20,000 bases of DNA. It comes from Catajapyx aquilonaris (lineage: Eukaryota). This document shows, piece by piece, positions 10,001 to 19,302 of this stretch. The notes beneath the pieces were generated by a model. That model ran no database searches. It was not told where the DNA came from and saw only the letters and a program-made list of their open reading frames with translations. A program made the translations under genes and the position numbers. Location of the stretch: NCBI GenBank assembly GCA_000934665.2, contig KZ538374.1:57209-77208 (forward strand), read 5' to 3'. Every line of letters begins with the position of its first letter. Position 1 is the first letter of the stretch.

Positions 10001-13000
10001 TGTACCAGGAAAGAGTAAATGTTTTTATCAAATATGCAAGCATAGTTTTTGCAGAATGGTGGGGACAGGGACTGGCAGGCTCATTCCTGCTGGCTGAAAC
10101 CCATGTCACTCTGATAGCCAGATGGCCACATTCTTTGGTTACTTCCCACTCAAACAATCTGGGAAGAGCAGTAGAAAACCCCAAGTGGAGAGTAATAATG
10201 CATATGATTTTTTCCAAATGGGTGGTGTGATGTTACATGTAACAACAGGAAAAAGGAACGTGACAAAAAATTTGTGATGCGTTCCCATATTTCTCCGAAA
10301 ATATTGAAAGGAGGTTGGATTAAAACCGTGGAAACATTGACCTATTTTCCCTGCGCTTGGGGTGTTCAAGAAGGTTGGTGGTTAACATGTTGGGAACCTC
10401 ACCCTTCACAATGTCACAGGTTTACTTGGTTGTAGACAATGACTGGACCACTACAAGGCAACAAGAAGTAACAATCTTGAATGGTTTTGTTTTATTTACA
10501 AATTATTGTAAATTGAATTTCAGGATGACATCATTCTTTCTTCATGTTCTTCATTGGTTGTATGAGCCATTTTTATTGGTTAATCAATGCATTTGTCACT
10601 TACCATTGGTATACATTTATAACATGACTTTCAAGAAATGATAAAAAAACGTTACTTTTTTAGGTGTCATTTCAAGAGCCGGAGAGAGGGGATCACTGGT
10701 CTGAAGAAAAACGTCCTGGTGCAGGTACAGCAAGGAGTGCAATGTCACCACCTGCAGTGCAGCCACATTCTTCAAAATATCAGCCACCATCACAGGAAGT
10801 GTTTTCTGCAATGAAAGTTGGTCAAAAATCATTTGCACAGGTTGGCATGCGTAAAGCTGTGGTCTCGGCTCCCTCACCTCTCCAAAAGTGCTTTTTATAT
10901 ACTCAGTTCAGATGTGTTTTAACTTCATGTCATGAGGGATAGCTAGGGAGCTGTTTTGTCATTTCCTGAAAGGTGAATTGCAGATGTTGCTGCAAGAGAA
11001 AGCTTAAAATTCACTTTCACAGGTAAGCTCAAGTCAGGAGCTGTATTCCAGTGGAGCCAAAGAGTCAGGAGCGATTCGAAAGAACAGTCGAAGCCAACGT
11101 CCACAGAGTCCACAATCAGTGTTTGGCTCGGTTCTAAATGAACTCAGGAGTAGACGTAGTTCTATAGATTCAGATGTGCAGTTACCACAAGTGAAGGTAG
11201 GCGAAAGCTTAGTATCTGGGCAGTGGAGGCTGGTCCCTAGAGAGGAAACACTAATCACTAACAAATTTTGTTGTGTGCATTGAGGTAAGGAGGTGGAAGA
11301 CTAATAATGTGTTTATCTGGACTAATTCTGTGATAAGTTTAATGCTCCTTATGCAAGTACACTATCCTTTTATGCCAGGTTCAGGTGATTAATACCAGTA
11401 TTACCTGCAAAAGTTGTTTGATTGCCTTCAAGGTACAGTAATTAGGGCCTAATGGTAAACTGCAATATAATAACTTGAAATAATGTTATTTAAGATCAAA
11501 ATATTTTTCACTCTGTACAAATCATTTTGTGTATTATCTTCTGTAATATGGTAGGCACTACATTCTCAGGCATACTGTACATTGTACAGCATTTCCCAAC
11601 CCTAAGAATCTACATCAGTCTTTTCATCAAATTATATCTTGCTGAGATAAAATTCAAATGTAATTCCTCGTTTGGAGGCACTCTTAAGGCCTCTACACAA
11701 ATTCGGCGGAAGGCTGAGCAGGCGGAAAACATGCGATTGGGGCGCGGAATGTGAGTGGTGGCAATTCACAAATTCAAGCGGTGGCGCTGCGGGTGGAAAC
11801 TGGTGCGCGGTGGGAATCGCTCAAGTCCACCTGGATGGACTTGTGCGATTGCCACCGCTCAGTTCCGCGCCCCAAACCACGCCCCCAAACGCACTCTTGC
11901 CGCCCGCTCAGCCTTCCGCCGAATTTGTGTAGCGGCCTTAATGCTTCACATTTTGATGTTGGTGATGTGAATTTGATTAATAATTTTAAAAAAAATATAG
12001 GCTATGTGATAATTTTTAGCTTTAAAACAAAATTTGTAACACTCTTGTAAACCAGGGGTAACGGAAAAAAATTAGGGAAAGTATATATTTGAGTCAGGGG
12101 AAGAGGGCTATTCAGAACCCTTGGGACTTAATTTCTATGATATTATTATTTCACAAGTGTTCATCTTGGTTGCTAATGGAATCACACTATGTAAGGCAAA
12201 ATCAGGTTGGCCTGTGGAACACCCATACCAAGAGGGGGTTCATGAATACTTTTTGATGGGAAATACCAATTTTACTTGGGACTACCCGTTTCCTTGTCCA
12301 TTACGACTTTGAGAGGAAAATAAGCCTGGCTTATTACTTTATTCTCAGTCAGTAAAATTTTGACACCTTGCTAAACTGAACTCCAGTTCTAATGAGACTT
12401 ACTTTTGCAGCCAGATACTTACCGCTATGCTGGAAGTGTGCCGCCACCACCTCCAATGCCACCAGAACCAGTTGAAACAGATCCCTCTGGAGCTCGACCT
12501 TTTCTGGACCCATATGGGAGGGCCAAGACAGTACGCATCGGGAAATGGAGGTGGCCACCACCCAAGAATGATGATGATGAGCCTGATAACTTCATTGAAT
12601 TTAAGATTAGGCAGCAACAACGTAGGACAACCCACCAGTCATCACCCCCTAAGGTATATTCAAAGCTTGTTTATTTATTCAGAAGGATATTAAATATGCA
12701 TTACAAAAATTATTAGATTAGGATTATGCATATTGTAGTGCTCCACGACGCTACGTCAGGAACACCTTGATAATAACTGGTACCGGTCAGCTCTTATAAA
12801 CAGTATGTTCTCCACAACAGGTAAAACACATCTGTTCTATTAGGCTGGGTTCACACTAGGCGTTTTTGTCGCCTGCGACTTAGTTGCCGCGTTTTCGTCG
12901 CTGACGCCTCACGAGGTTCACACTAGGCGTTTTTGTCGCTCGTTTTGCTTCCCCTACTGATGCAACCCGAGCAGCGTTGCCAACCTGACCCTTAGCAACT

Positions 13001-16000
13001 ACCGTTCCACAATAGTCAAAATTAAACACTTTTCACGCGACTTTGTCGCCAGGTGCGTCTGCCCCAACTGATTACCATGTGTTCAGTTTTCAGCGACTTT
13101 GTCACGGCGTTTTTGTAGCGGCAGCAAAAACGCAGCATGCTGCGTTTTGCGACGACCAAGCAGGAAAGAAGTCGTGGTGTGTCATGCCCCATAAGTTTGC
13201 ATGTGTTCTGTTTTGAGCGACTTGTCGCGGCGTTTTTGTCGCGCGACAAAAACGCCTAGTGTGAACCCAGCCTTACACAGTCACTCAACGACTACCCGTT
13301 CCAAACAGTCAAACATATAAACACTGCTCCCATAACAACGGTTTCCAGTACACAATCCTCCTGGCAACAGTATACAATAATACAGTACTGTTGCCAGGAC
13401 TCCAACCACTACAATATTTTGCAACGACAGTTTTTTTGAGTTAAATTATAATAACACTGTAAAATTATTTAACTGATAGAAATTGACCTATGCATCAGGT
13501 ATTTCTATTCAGGTTTTGGTTTATGAAACCAAACATGGAAAATTGAGTTTCGTACTATACCAGCGCAGGCTGAAAAGTACCTTGTGCAATACATAATTAA
13601 AGTGACCAATTTTTAACTAGGAAAATTGTGTCCAGTAATACATCACTTTTTATTCCATTATTATTGATAGTAATTGGATACCCCCTGATATGCCTGCTAG
13701 GCCCTATTAAGGGATCATTTTAAACTACTGACTTCATTCATTAACTGCACTGTGGTGATTTGGGTGGTGGGAGGAAACCGGAGAACACCACGAGAAAACC
13801 CACATGAACACACAGCGCCTATCAAAACTATGGCACACTAAAATTACTGTGGATTGTTTTTACTATTGATTAGGTTGCTATAATATCACATTACTGATTA
13901 CTAGAAAAGTGTTTATCCAATGTTTCACTTTTCAGGATTTTTCGCCTACTAATAGTACTAGTCAATATGGAGTAGAATGGGAGGAGTTTGATATTAGTGG
14001 CGAAGATCACATGCAACTCACAGGAGGCCATGATGGAATTCGAGAAAAGAGAATCAGCAAAGAATCACTTCTAGATGCAAAAGAAAAGGAAATAATCAAG
14101 TAAGTTCAATTTCATTTTTTACACTGCAGTTAGGCAAGAAGTCTTGGACTTGTAAAAAATATTGCAACCGGAATCTTGACTTCCAGAGCCTTTGAAGCAA
14201 GCACTCCAAAGCCATCTGTGGGAAGTGTGGGCAAATTGAGAATCAGCAATGAAATGAGGCAAAAGCTGGAGATGGTGACAGCAAATCACAGTGTCAGGTA
14301 GGAATCATACACCTCAAAAATAATCTCCATTGTTGTTAACAACTCATCTTTATCGTGGAATACTTTTTAAAGGTCTACAGCAAAATCAGAAAAGAGGGGT
14401 TTTCTGCCAACCAAGGACAAAGAAGAAGTTTCAGAAAGGGCTGTGAAAAAACTTGAAGAAAACCGGAAGTTGATGCTTCAGCAACAATTAGGTGAGAATA
14501 TTCTGCAGTACTTTTTACACTAGATGAAATTACAGGCTACCTTTTAAGATTTTTTTCAGAGGGATATTACAGTACCTGTGTATAGTCATAGTGGATTCTA
14601 AATATAGCAAATAGGGTAAAGCGGGGCATGTGTGGCATTGCTTCTAGTGTATGACACAAGGTGGCAGGAGCTATCGAAAATCATGTAAATGTTCACGACT
14701 TGCTGTGCCTTTGCCCACTCTGCTAAAAGTAGCACAATCTTCTCTCTTTCGTCACATCGATAAAAAATTGCCGCCAAGCTCAAGATGGTGTTTTAACTTT
14801 TCCGGCAAGTATGTAAGTATCATTTGCAGAATTTCTGACAAGCCTGGTATTTCATGTTGCGTAACCGCTCCAGAACTGTACGTAAGAGGTTCAGGTGTAC
14901 TATCACACTGTAATTGTTCCATTTTGGTGGCATATAATCAGGCTGGTTTTTAAAAGGGGTGATGCACTTGCCCCTAACTAGACATGGTCAGAGGCAAGTG
15001 CGTACCCAGTTAATACGGGCATATGGATCGAAATGCAATATTGGAGGAATAAAGCTAGCGGTCGCCGAAAGAGGTGACAAGATATCTTTTTGTGGTCACC
15101 AATGGATATTTCGCGACTGGCGACAGGCTAATTTCAAACACTGGTGTAAAAACACTTCCACATAATGCATTTTAATCAAATAATGTCAGTACTGTTGGCC
15201 AACCTGTTGCAGAGCAGTGAATAAAAGTTTGTCCAGTAAGAACTAGTTGGTATTTTCTATTCGGTAAAACAGACTGACAGAGGAGGTTTAAGTGTCTTTT
15301 TGACACTAGTCCTATGCAACCCGAACAATGTTTATTACTGGGGGAGAGAATTCCAAAGTCTCGCCCCATATAGCGGTGCATATATTAATTATTTTTCGGA
15401 GCACCCACATAGATTAATGTGATGCAATAGGCCACTTTGAAAGTCAATAAGGTAAGGTATATTGTCCATTAATTTTTGCTCTCACTTGCTCATTATTGAG
15501 GAAGTAGCATGCCTTTAAACTGCACCTAATCAAAATTCGTCTGCACTTGCTCCGCTTTACCTGCATAAAATTTTGCAGTCCTGTCAGATAGGATTTTTCT
15601 GAGGTGTAATGAAACACACAAATGCTCAGCACATTTAGATCCCGCAGTAGCAAAAACCCTGAGTATACTTCTATTGAGGCGTTTCTCGGAAAAACCCCAT
15701 ATGTCATCAAATTTGACAAAATGAGTTGAGGGTTGTATTACAGACTTTTGGAAGCCCTCCATGCAATGCCTCTCTCCAATTTCTGAAAAAACCATTGTTG
15801 TTGGAGATATTGAAGGGAAAAATCGGATCCTTCCAACAGCTTCCAGCAAAACTCCAAGTGTCAAGTGTGATTTCCCATAAGAATCTCACATGTCAGCTGT
15901 ACCTTGATAATTTTTCAAATAATGATCTTGCAAGGTGTAAGTAATCTGTTAAGGTCTGGATGTCCAACTCAGGGATAGAATGCAGGACTCCAGAAGTGGA

Positions 16001-19000
16001 ATAGTGTAACCTTAGCTGCTACACTGCCCTGCTGCCCTCACTGATCCATGTAATTTTGCCAGAGAGGTTTTTAGTGACATACAGTAATATTGAGTACCCT
16101 ACCTACATTTTTAGGAGCACTTCACTAATCTGGGTTTTTGTTTTTTGCATTTAAGGTGGAAAGAAGTGGGATAGTGTTACTTCTGTTGATGATGTGACAC
16201 GGGATTCACCGAGAGACATCATGGTAGACAGACATCCAAGTCATATGGGAAGAAATCAAGTAAGCAGTGACACTATGTTGGAATGGGATAGAATAACAGT
16301 ATACTGTAGTATTGTGCCAATATTGTAACATGTGAAGTATTTCCTGTCTAGTGCACTTAAATTATGCACAAATTTTCATGATAACATGTTCACATGTTCA
16401 AGGGCATTTCGTAATATTTGAATTCTTTGGAAGAATATTTTATTGTAACGGTGGGTTATTAATGCTGTTATTAATTTTGTGTTCAATTTTTGAGCAGTTA
16501 GAGCGCATGGAGAAGTCTGTATATCGAGATGAGAACAGTGGATGGCGACCAGTGCCACCACCACCTCCAGTAGCACCTGGATTCTTCAGTGATGGTGTCC
16601 CACCTCAAAGGTCTCGAACCGAGTCTTACTACCCTCCAAGGTAGGGTCATTATTAATTTGATGACTGTTTCTTCTGCACTATGATTGTATTGGCATGCGA
16701 TATTTTACTTGGTATGAATTTTCATTCATTTGATTTGATTTCAAAAGAAGCAATAAGTCAAAATATGTGATGTGGTCAGGGAAATATCCAGATTTTTCTC
16801 AGTGTATGGGTGAAATCGAAGTCATTTTTGTGTAAGTTATGTGAGATTCAAGGTCATGTACACTCATGCAACAATTTTTGTTTATCTGAAACTTGTGCCA
16901 AGAAAATGCTAGAATTTCCCTTAATTTGTATTCATACAATGTCCCTTATTACCCCATGTACTCTTTTAGTAGCTACAGTACCTGCAAACTTCACAGATGC
17001 TGCTGCATAGTGATTCATGAGAAACCGTGAAATACTGTATCAATAATTTCATTCATTTTTATTTCAGTGTTCCATTGGTTCCTGAGCCAAAATCACCTCC
17101 TTCACCTGCCAAAGTTGTTGCTAATCACAGAAATAATTTTATGGCCCAAAAAATTGACCATGATAGGAGATCGTCAGTGATGACGCAACAAACAGATAAA
17201 ATGGAGAGAATTGAGAGTATGTATGGATTCCTGTTATTATAGAATTTTTTGTGACAAGTTATAGTAGTTTTAATTAATTGATTCCCTACTAAAATTCCAA
17301 GTTTAACTTATATATTGTGTTTTGTTTGACTGTAGACAACCTGTGCTTCATCTTACACCATTGACAAAAGTCATGTTTGAAAGTTTACCACTGATCTGAT
17401 CTTACTGACAATTCATTATCAGATCTTAGATATTCCCTTCCAGTATTGCCACTCAATACACTGGATGTGTTGGTTTAACGGTCTTTTTGTTTCTATGTTT
17501 ATGTCCAGAGATATATTTTATTTGCAACACAAATGGTACTTTAATTTTCCACTAATTTTTGGTAACAAAATATTTTTTGTTGCAGTTGAGGAATCATCTG
17601 AGTTTCTAAAACCTGTAGACACTGCTCCTATTATTCTTGATCGAGAATTGGAAGCTAAGTCATTAGAGAACATCAAAACAAAACTGCATTCATCTAACAA
17701 GTCTCCTTTTTATACATACAACCGTGTGAATTGGCAGTTGCACATTAGGAAAGAGGTGAGAAGCACATGTCATTATTTCTTGATGTGATTGTATGCTACT
17801 TTTCTGGTGATTCTTTCAGGTCTTTTCTCCGAATGAAGCAATAACCAATCCACTGGCATTGCATCTCATCTACTGCCAAGTGGTTCTTGACATTTTCAAC
17901 AACAAATGCATACGGATTAGTCGGGAAGAGAGAAACAAGATGAAGCAGGTACATGTTGAATTTTTTTGCAGGATTAAGAAAGCTTATGAAGCTTGTATAT
18001 TTTTATATTAATTGTTTGCTTGCATTTTTATTCAGATACTTGATGGCTATGGTGTAGCCCCTACAAATCTTCATTCACCTCACGTAAAGGTGACAATTAA
18101 GAAGAACATCATAGAAAATGCCAAGGAGTGGCCCACATATTTTGCAAGACTGTTCCCAGTTTCTGTAAGTGATGTTTTCACACATTTGTGCTTGTCTCGG
18201 TGCTCGTTGATTCCATAATAAAAGAAATCTAAAGGACGGGCTGAGTCCTATCCCATCATGCATCAAACACATGCAGTAGTCCTTATTTAACTTTTCTAAA
18301 AAATATATCTCGGAAAAAGCCTATGTCTTGGCAGTAATGAATTTTTTTTTCTGCTACTGTAATAGTATTACATGTTTTAAAAACTACTTTATTATTTTAA
18401 GCAAGTAGGAAAATCCCATAGTCAGAACAAGTGTATTATTGCTGACTATTACACTTTTCTTTGGCAGGGTGGACGTCAAAATATTGAGGTACAGCTCTTG
18501 GCAATTTCTCATTCTGGTATCCGTATGGTCAGGAGGGAAAAGAGCCTACCAAGTGATTATCTGCAGATCCTTGACTCATTCAGGTGAGCAATAATTGTTA
18601 TAGTGTAGAAGTACTAATGGATTACTTACTGCTCTGCAAGAAGTATTTCAATAAGTAATAATTGCCATATAATATTCAAATAAGCCCAGTGTAATGGCAC
18701 ATCAACTCTGACTTCAGCAACAGTGTAACATGAAATGTGTAGATGAAATGTGCACACTGCAATATTCATTACCTTGTTTAAGTGATAAAACATATTTTTG
18801 CAGCTGCATATTTTTGAATGTCAGAAAATATTTGGCAAGGGGGTAATCACTTCGGTACTCCGGTGTACACCTGGGAGTGGTACTCCCTGGTACTCCTCAG
18901 GGACCTCACTCTTTATTACTCCGTGGTACTCCTTGAATTTGGTACTCCAGTGTACACTTTTCAGTCGAGTGATTACCCCCTTGATATTTGGGGTGTTTTG

Positions 19001-19302
19001 TGTCCTGCAACCTAATGTGGCAATGGCACTTATTCATTTGTGGCATCACAACTATTCTCTCCCTGTAAAGGCAGTAGCCTATAATTAGTGACTCTGTATA
19101 AATTTGTTTAAAGTGACTGTTTTTTGATGGCAATATGTTATGCGTTACGTTTTGCAGTTTTGAAGATGTGGTGGAAGCCTCGGTTCCAAAGGGAAGTCTG
19201 CTGCAGATAGTTCTCTCTTCTGGTGCCCAGTTTTTATTTTACACTCATCGAGCCAGCCAAATTCAAGGCCTGATTCAGCGTTTCACTACTGAAGGTGACA
19301 AG
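906..19302 (+). CDS. Myo10A: Unconventional myosin XV (Myo10A/sisyphus, MYO15A class), partial multi-exon CDS of the tail region; 21 exons, ~1056 aa, open at both ends
   Basis: Exons joined manually at GT-AG sites with matching phases and no stops. Motifs recalled from insect myosin XV tails: SHVRRVRVPSQASDVDQFLDDLFMPVLDGNLDELSDARSLAASIKGGG; YQQSIQRAFIQSAMAQNMQIQQQLLAQNQALQ; RPFLDPYGRAKTVRIGKWRWPPP; GSVGKLRISNEMRQKLEMVTANHSVRS; FYTYNRVNWQLHIRKEVFSPNE; WPTYFARLFPVSG. Confidence 0.93.
1130..1278 (+). CDS. Myo10A: Myosin XV exon (YIKAQ...SSALSDTSEAPSL)
   Basis: ttccatcag acceptor, G|gtaata donor; conserved GSHSSRAYIE and SSALSDTSEAPSLA motifs. Confidence 0.9.
1337..1538 (+). CDS. Myo10A: Myosin XV exon (SHVRRVRVPSQASDVDQFLDDLF...KGGG...DPSD)
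   Basis: tttttcag acceptor, TT|gtaagt donor; hallmark myosin XV motif. Confidence 0.93.
1835..1979 (+). CDS. Myo10A: Myosin XV exon (VSIDINDCISDL...LASALKGGG...EAQ)
   Basis: poly-T gcag acceptor, CAA|gtaagt donor; phase 2 to 0 fits both neighbours. Confidence 0.85.
2040..2249. mobile_element. MITE, PIF/Harbinger-like
   Basis: 18-bp TIR agcatgtttcacaaattc / gaatttgtgaaacacgct (1 mismatch), flanked by TAA at 2037-2039 and 2250-2252. Confidence 0.8.
2272..2403. repeat. Nested palindrome (foldback MITE-like element)
   Basis: 59-bp arms at 2272-2330 and 2345-2403 are reverse complements with 1 mismatch; each arm is itself a near-palindrome centred on ccccgggg. Confidence 0.92.
2535..2658 (+). 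CDS. Myo10A: Myosin XV exon (VSQNSATG...SPPPMMMPTIPIYTPG)
   Basis: ttttgcag acceptor, G|gtgagt donor; Pro/Met-rich segment. Confidence 0.88.
2812..3426. mobile_element. Non-autonomous TIR DNA transposon with repeated subterminal motif
   Basis: 31-bp TIR cgtcgctaggcatcggaaatccgctatgtgg / ccacatagaggatttccgatgcctaacaacg (3 mismatches); flanks atat / ttat; about 9 degenerate copies of aaatccgctatgtgg. Confidence 0.8.
3632..3778. mobile_element. Decayed hairpin MITE
   Basis: ~60-bp imperfect inverted arms: atggactattctcatat...gcctatttgtgacca versus tggttgcaaataggc...atatgagaataggccat. Confidence 0.7.
4058..4313. mobile_element. Tc1/mariner-like MITE
   Basis: TIR caggttgttccaagt / acttggaacaccctg (1 mismatch), TA on both sides (4056-4057, 4314-4315). 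Confidence 0.75.
4964..5086 (+). CDS. Myo10A: Candidate additional or alternative myosin XV exon (HPLGMTSSGVASNLNTSQEPNGVGASLMFGAFNPGVPASS)
   Basis: gtgtag acceptor after a pyrimidine-rich tract; stop-free in exactly the phase-1 frame needed between the exon ending 2658 and the exon starting 6927; weak donors at 5068 (CAG|gtgtcc) or 5086 (CAG|gtgcag), both frame-preserving. Confidence 0.45.
5688..5823. repeat. Decayed inverted-repeat element (MITE remnant)
   Basis: ccctaagcgatctgattggt / accaatcatatcacttaggg (18/20), outer cctctg...cagagg pairing, and agtagg...cctact ends. Confidence 0.6.
6927..7114 (+). CDS. Myo10A: Myosin XV exon (FSLPTF...QRAFIQSAMAQNMQIQQQLLAQNQALQHLLQQQA)
   Basis: tttttag acceptor, GCT|gtaagt donor; conserved Q-rich helix. 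Confidence 0.92.
7621..7746 (+). CDS. Myo10A: Myosin XV exon (GLQQPLQ...VGRGAK)
   Basis: tttgctttag acceptor, AAG|gtataa donor, 126 nt, phase 0-0, no stop; not in ORF track. Confidence 0.7.
8094..8328. mobile_element. hAT-like MITE
   Basis: 16-bp TIR cagcaccggatttctc / gagaaatccagcgctg (2 mismatches); perfect 8-bp TSD tagttgtg at 8086-8093 and 8329-8336. Confidence 0.88.
8707..9857. mobile_element. hAT(Charlie)-like non-autonomous element(s), nested and degraded
   Basis: Two left ends with (c/g)agtggttcccaacctgtgggtc at 8707 and 9193; right end inferred only from a degenerate TSD (tcctaggc versus agctaggc at 9858-9865). Confidence 0.5.
8907..9173 (-). mobile_element. tRNA-derived SINE, full length
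   Basis: Minus strand reads A box tggtgtagggg, B box ggttcgaatccc, body, then an A-rich (TAAA)n tail; exact 15-bp TSD catattcaacactat at 8892-8906 and 9174-9188. Confidence 0.92.
9896..9937. repeat. Perfect 19-bp tandem duplication
   Basis: tgaggattggttaaccttc twice, plus tgag. Confidence 0.9.
10664..10840 (+). CDS. Myo10A: Myosin XV exon (VSFQEPERG...QKSFAQ)
   Basis: ctttttttag acceptor; donor CAG|gttggc assumed (3' end less certain); 177 nt, phase 0-0. Confidence 0.65.
11023..11196 (+). CDS. Myo10A: Myosin XV exon (VSSSQELY...SVLNELRSRRSS...PQVK)
   Basis: ctttcacag acceptor, AAG|gtaggc donor, 174 nt, phase 0-0, no stop. Confidence 0.7.
11688..11937. mobile_element. GC-rich MITE related to the 2040-2249 element
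   Basis: 38-bp TIR ggcctctacacaaattcggcggaaggctgagcaggcgg / ccgcccgctcagccttccgccgaatttgtgtagcggcc (2 mismatches); TTAA on both sides. Confidence 0.88.
12411..12653 (+). CDS. Myo10A: Myosin XV exon (PDTYRY...PFLDPYGRAKTVRIGKWRWPPP...SPPK)
   Basis: acttttgcag acceptor, AAG|gtatat donor; hallmark motif. Confidence 0.93.
12734..13413. mobile_element. Probable solo LTR (~250 bp once the nested MITE is removed)
   Basis: Ends TGTAGTG...CACTACA (TG..CA with 7-bp IR), ATAT on both sides (12730-12733, 13414-13417); internal 14-bp IR at 13359-13399. Confidence 0.6.
12843..13272. mobile_element. PIF/Harbinger MITE, young
   Basis: Perfect 30-bp TIR ggctgggttcacactaggcgtttttgtcgc; TTA TSD at 12840-12842 and 13273-13275; internal copies of gcgtttttgtcgc. 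Confidence 0.92.
13767..13803 (-). mobile_element. SINE fragment resembling the V-domain core
   Basis: Reverse complement gtgggttttctcgtggtgttctccggtttcctcccac resembles the recalled core GTGGGTTTTCTCCGGGTACTCCGGTTTCCTCCCAC. Confidence 0.5.
13936..14099 (+). CDS. Myo10A: Myosin XV exon (DFSPTN...VEWEEFDI...KEII)
   Basis: cttttcag acceptor, AA|gtaagt donor. Confidence 0.88.
14187..14297 (+). CDS. Myo10A: Myosin XV exon (AFEASTPKPSVGSVGKLRISNEMRQKLEMVTANHSV)
   Basis: cttccag acceptor, AG|gtagga donor; conserved motif. Confidence 0.88.
14373..14491 (+). CDS. Myo10A: Myosin XV exon (STAKSE...VKKLEENRKLMLQQQL)
   Basis: tttttaaag acceptor, G|gtgaga donor; phase-compatible. Confidence 0.87.
14614..15561. 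mobile_element. Decayed TIR DNA transposon (Tc1/pogo-like ends)
   Basis: Left ta|gggtaaagcggggcatgtg versus right cacttgctccgctttacct (16/19 as inverted repeat); internal copies gcacttgcccc (~14964) and ggcaagtgc (~14993); no transposase ORF recognised. Confidence 0.55.
16156..16259 (+). CDS. Myo10A: Myosin XV exon (GKKWDSV...MGRNQ)
   Basis: T-rich tract then ttaag acceptor, CAA|gtaagc donor; phase 1 to 0 fits. Confidence 0.82.
16498..16640 (+). CDS. Myo10A: Myosin XV exon (LERMEK...PVPPPPPVAP...YYPP)
   Basis: ttttgagcag acceptor, AG|gtaggg donor. Confidence 0.85.
17068..17216 (+). CDS. Myo10A: Myosin XV exon (VPLVPEP...DRRSSVMTQQTDKMERIE)
   Basis: atttcag acceptor, A|gtatgt donor; phase 2 to 1 fits. 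Confidence 0.85.
17586..17755 (+). CDS. Myo10A: Myosin XV exon (EESSEF...FYTYNRVNWQLHIRKE)
   Basis: tgttgcag acceptor, GAG|gtgaga donor; start of conserved FERM-like segment. Confidence 0.92.
17820..17948 (+). CDS. Myo10A: Myosin XV exon (VFSPNEAITNPLALHLIYCQVVLDIFNNKCIRISREERNKMKQ)
   Basis: ttctttcag acceptor, CAG|gtacat donor; conserved. Confidence 0.92.
18036..18164 (+). CDS. Myo10A: Myosin XV exon (ILDGYG...KEWPTYFARLFPVS)
   Basis: ttattcag acceptor, TCT|gtaagt donor; conserved WPxYFxRxFPV. Confidence 0.92.
18468..18583 (+). CDS. Myo10A: Myosin XV exon (GGRQNIEVQLLAISHSGIRMVRRE...LDSF)
   Basis: ctttggcag acceptor, AG|gtgagc donor; LAISHSGI resembles a FERM C-lobe (PH-like) strand motif. 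Confidence 0.92.
18836..18983. mobile_element. 148-bp MITE with 8-bp TSD (P- or hAT-like)
   Basis: Perfect 16-bp TIR caagggggtaatcact; perfect TSD atatttgg at 18828-18835 and 18984-18991; 5-6 internal ggtactcc repeats. Confidence 0.9.
19158..19302 (+). CDS. Myo10A: Myosin XV exon (FEDVVEAS...FYTHRASQIQGLIQRFTTEGDK)
   Basis: ttttgcag acceptor, AAG|gtaaga donor; C-terminal helix of the FERM-like lobe. Confidence 0.9.

Noticed and set aside
11527..12050. Cluster of overlapping ORFs in three frames
   Set aside because: Explained by the GC-rich MITE being poor in stop codons
15172..15944. Minus-strand ORFs with faint reverse-transcriptase-like words (GFSEK, RAKINGQ) or a possible viral insert
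   Set aside because: No catalytic motif is seen, the frames are inconsistent, and the longest ORF crosses the inferred TIR boundary; a BLASTX search would be needed
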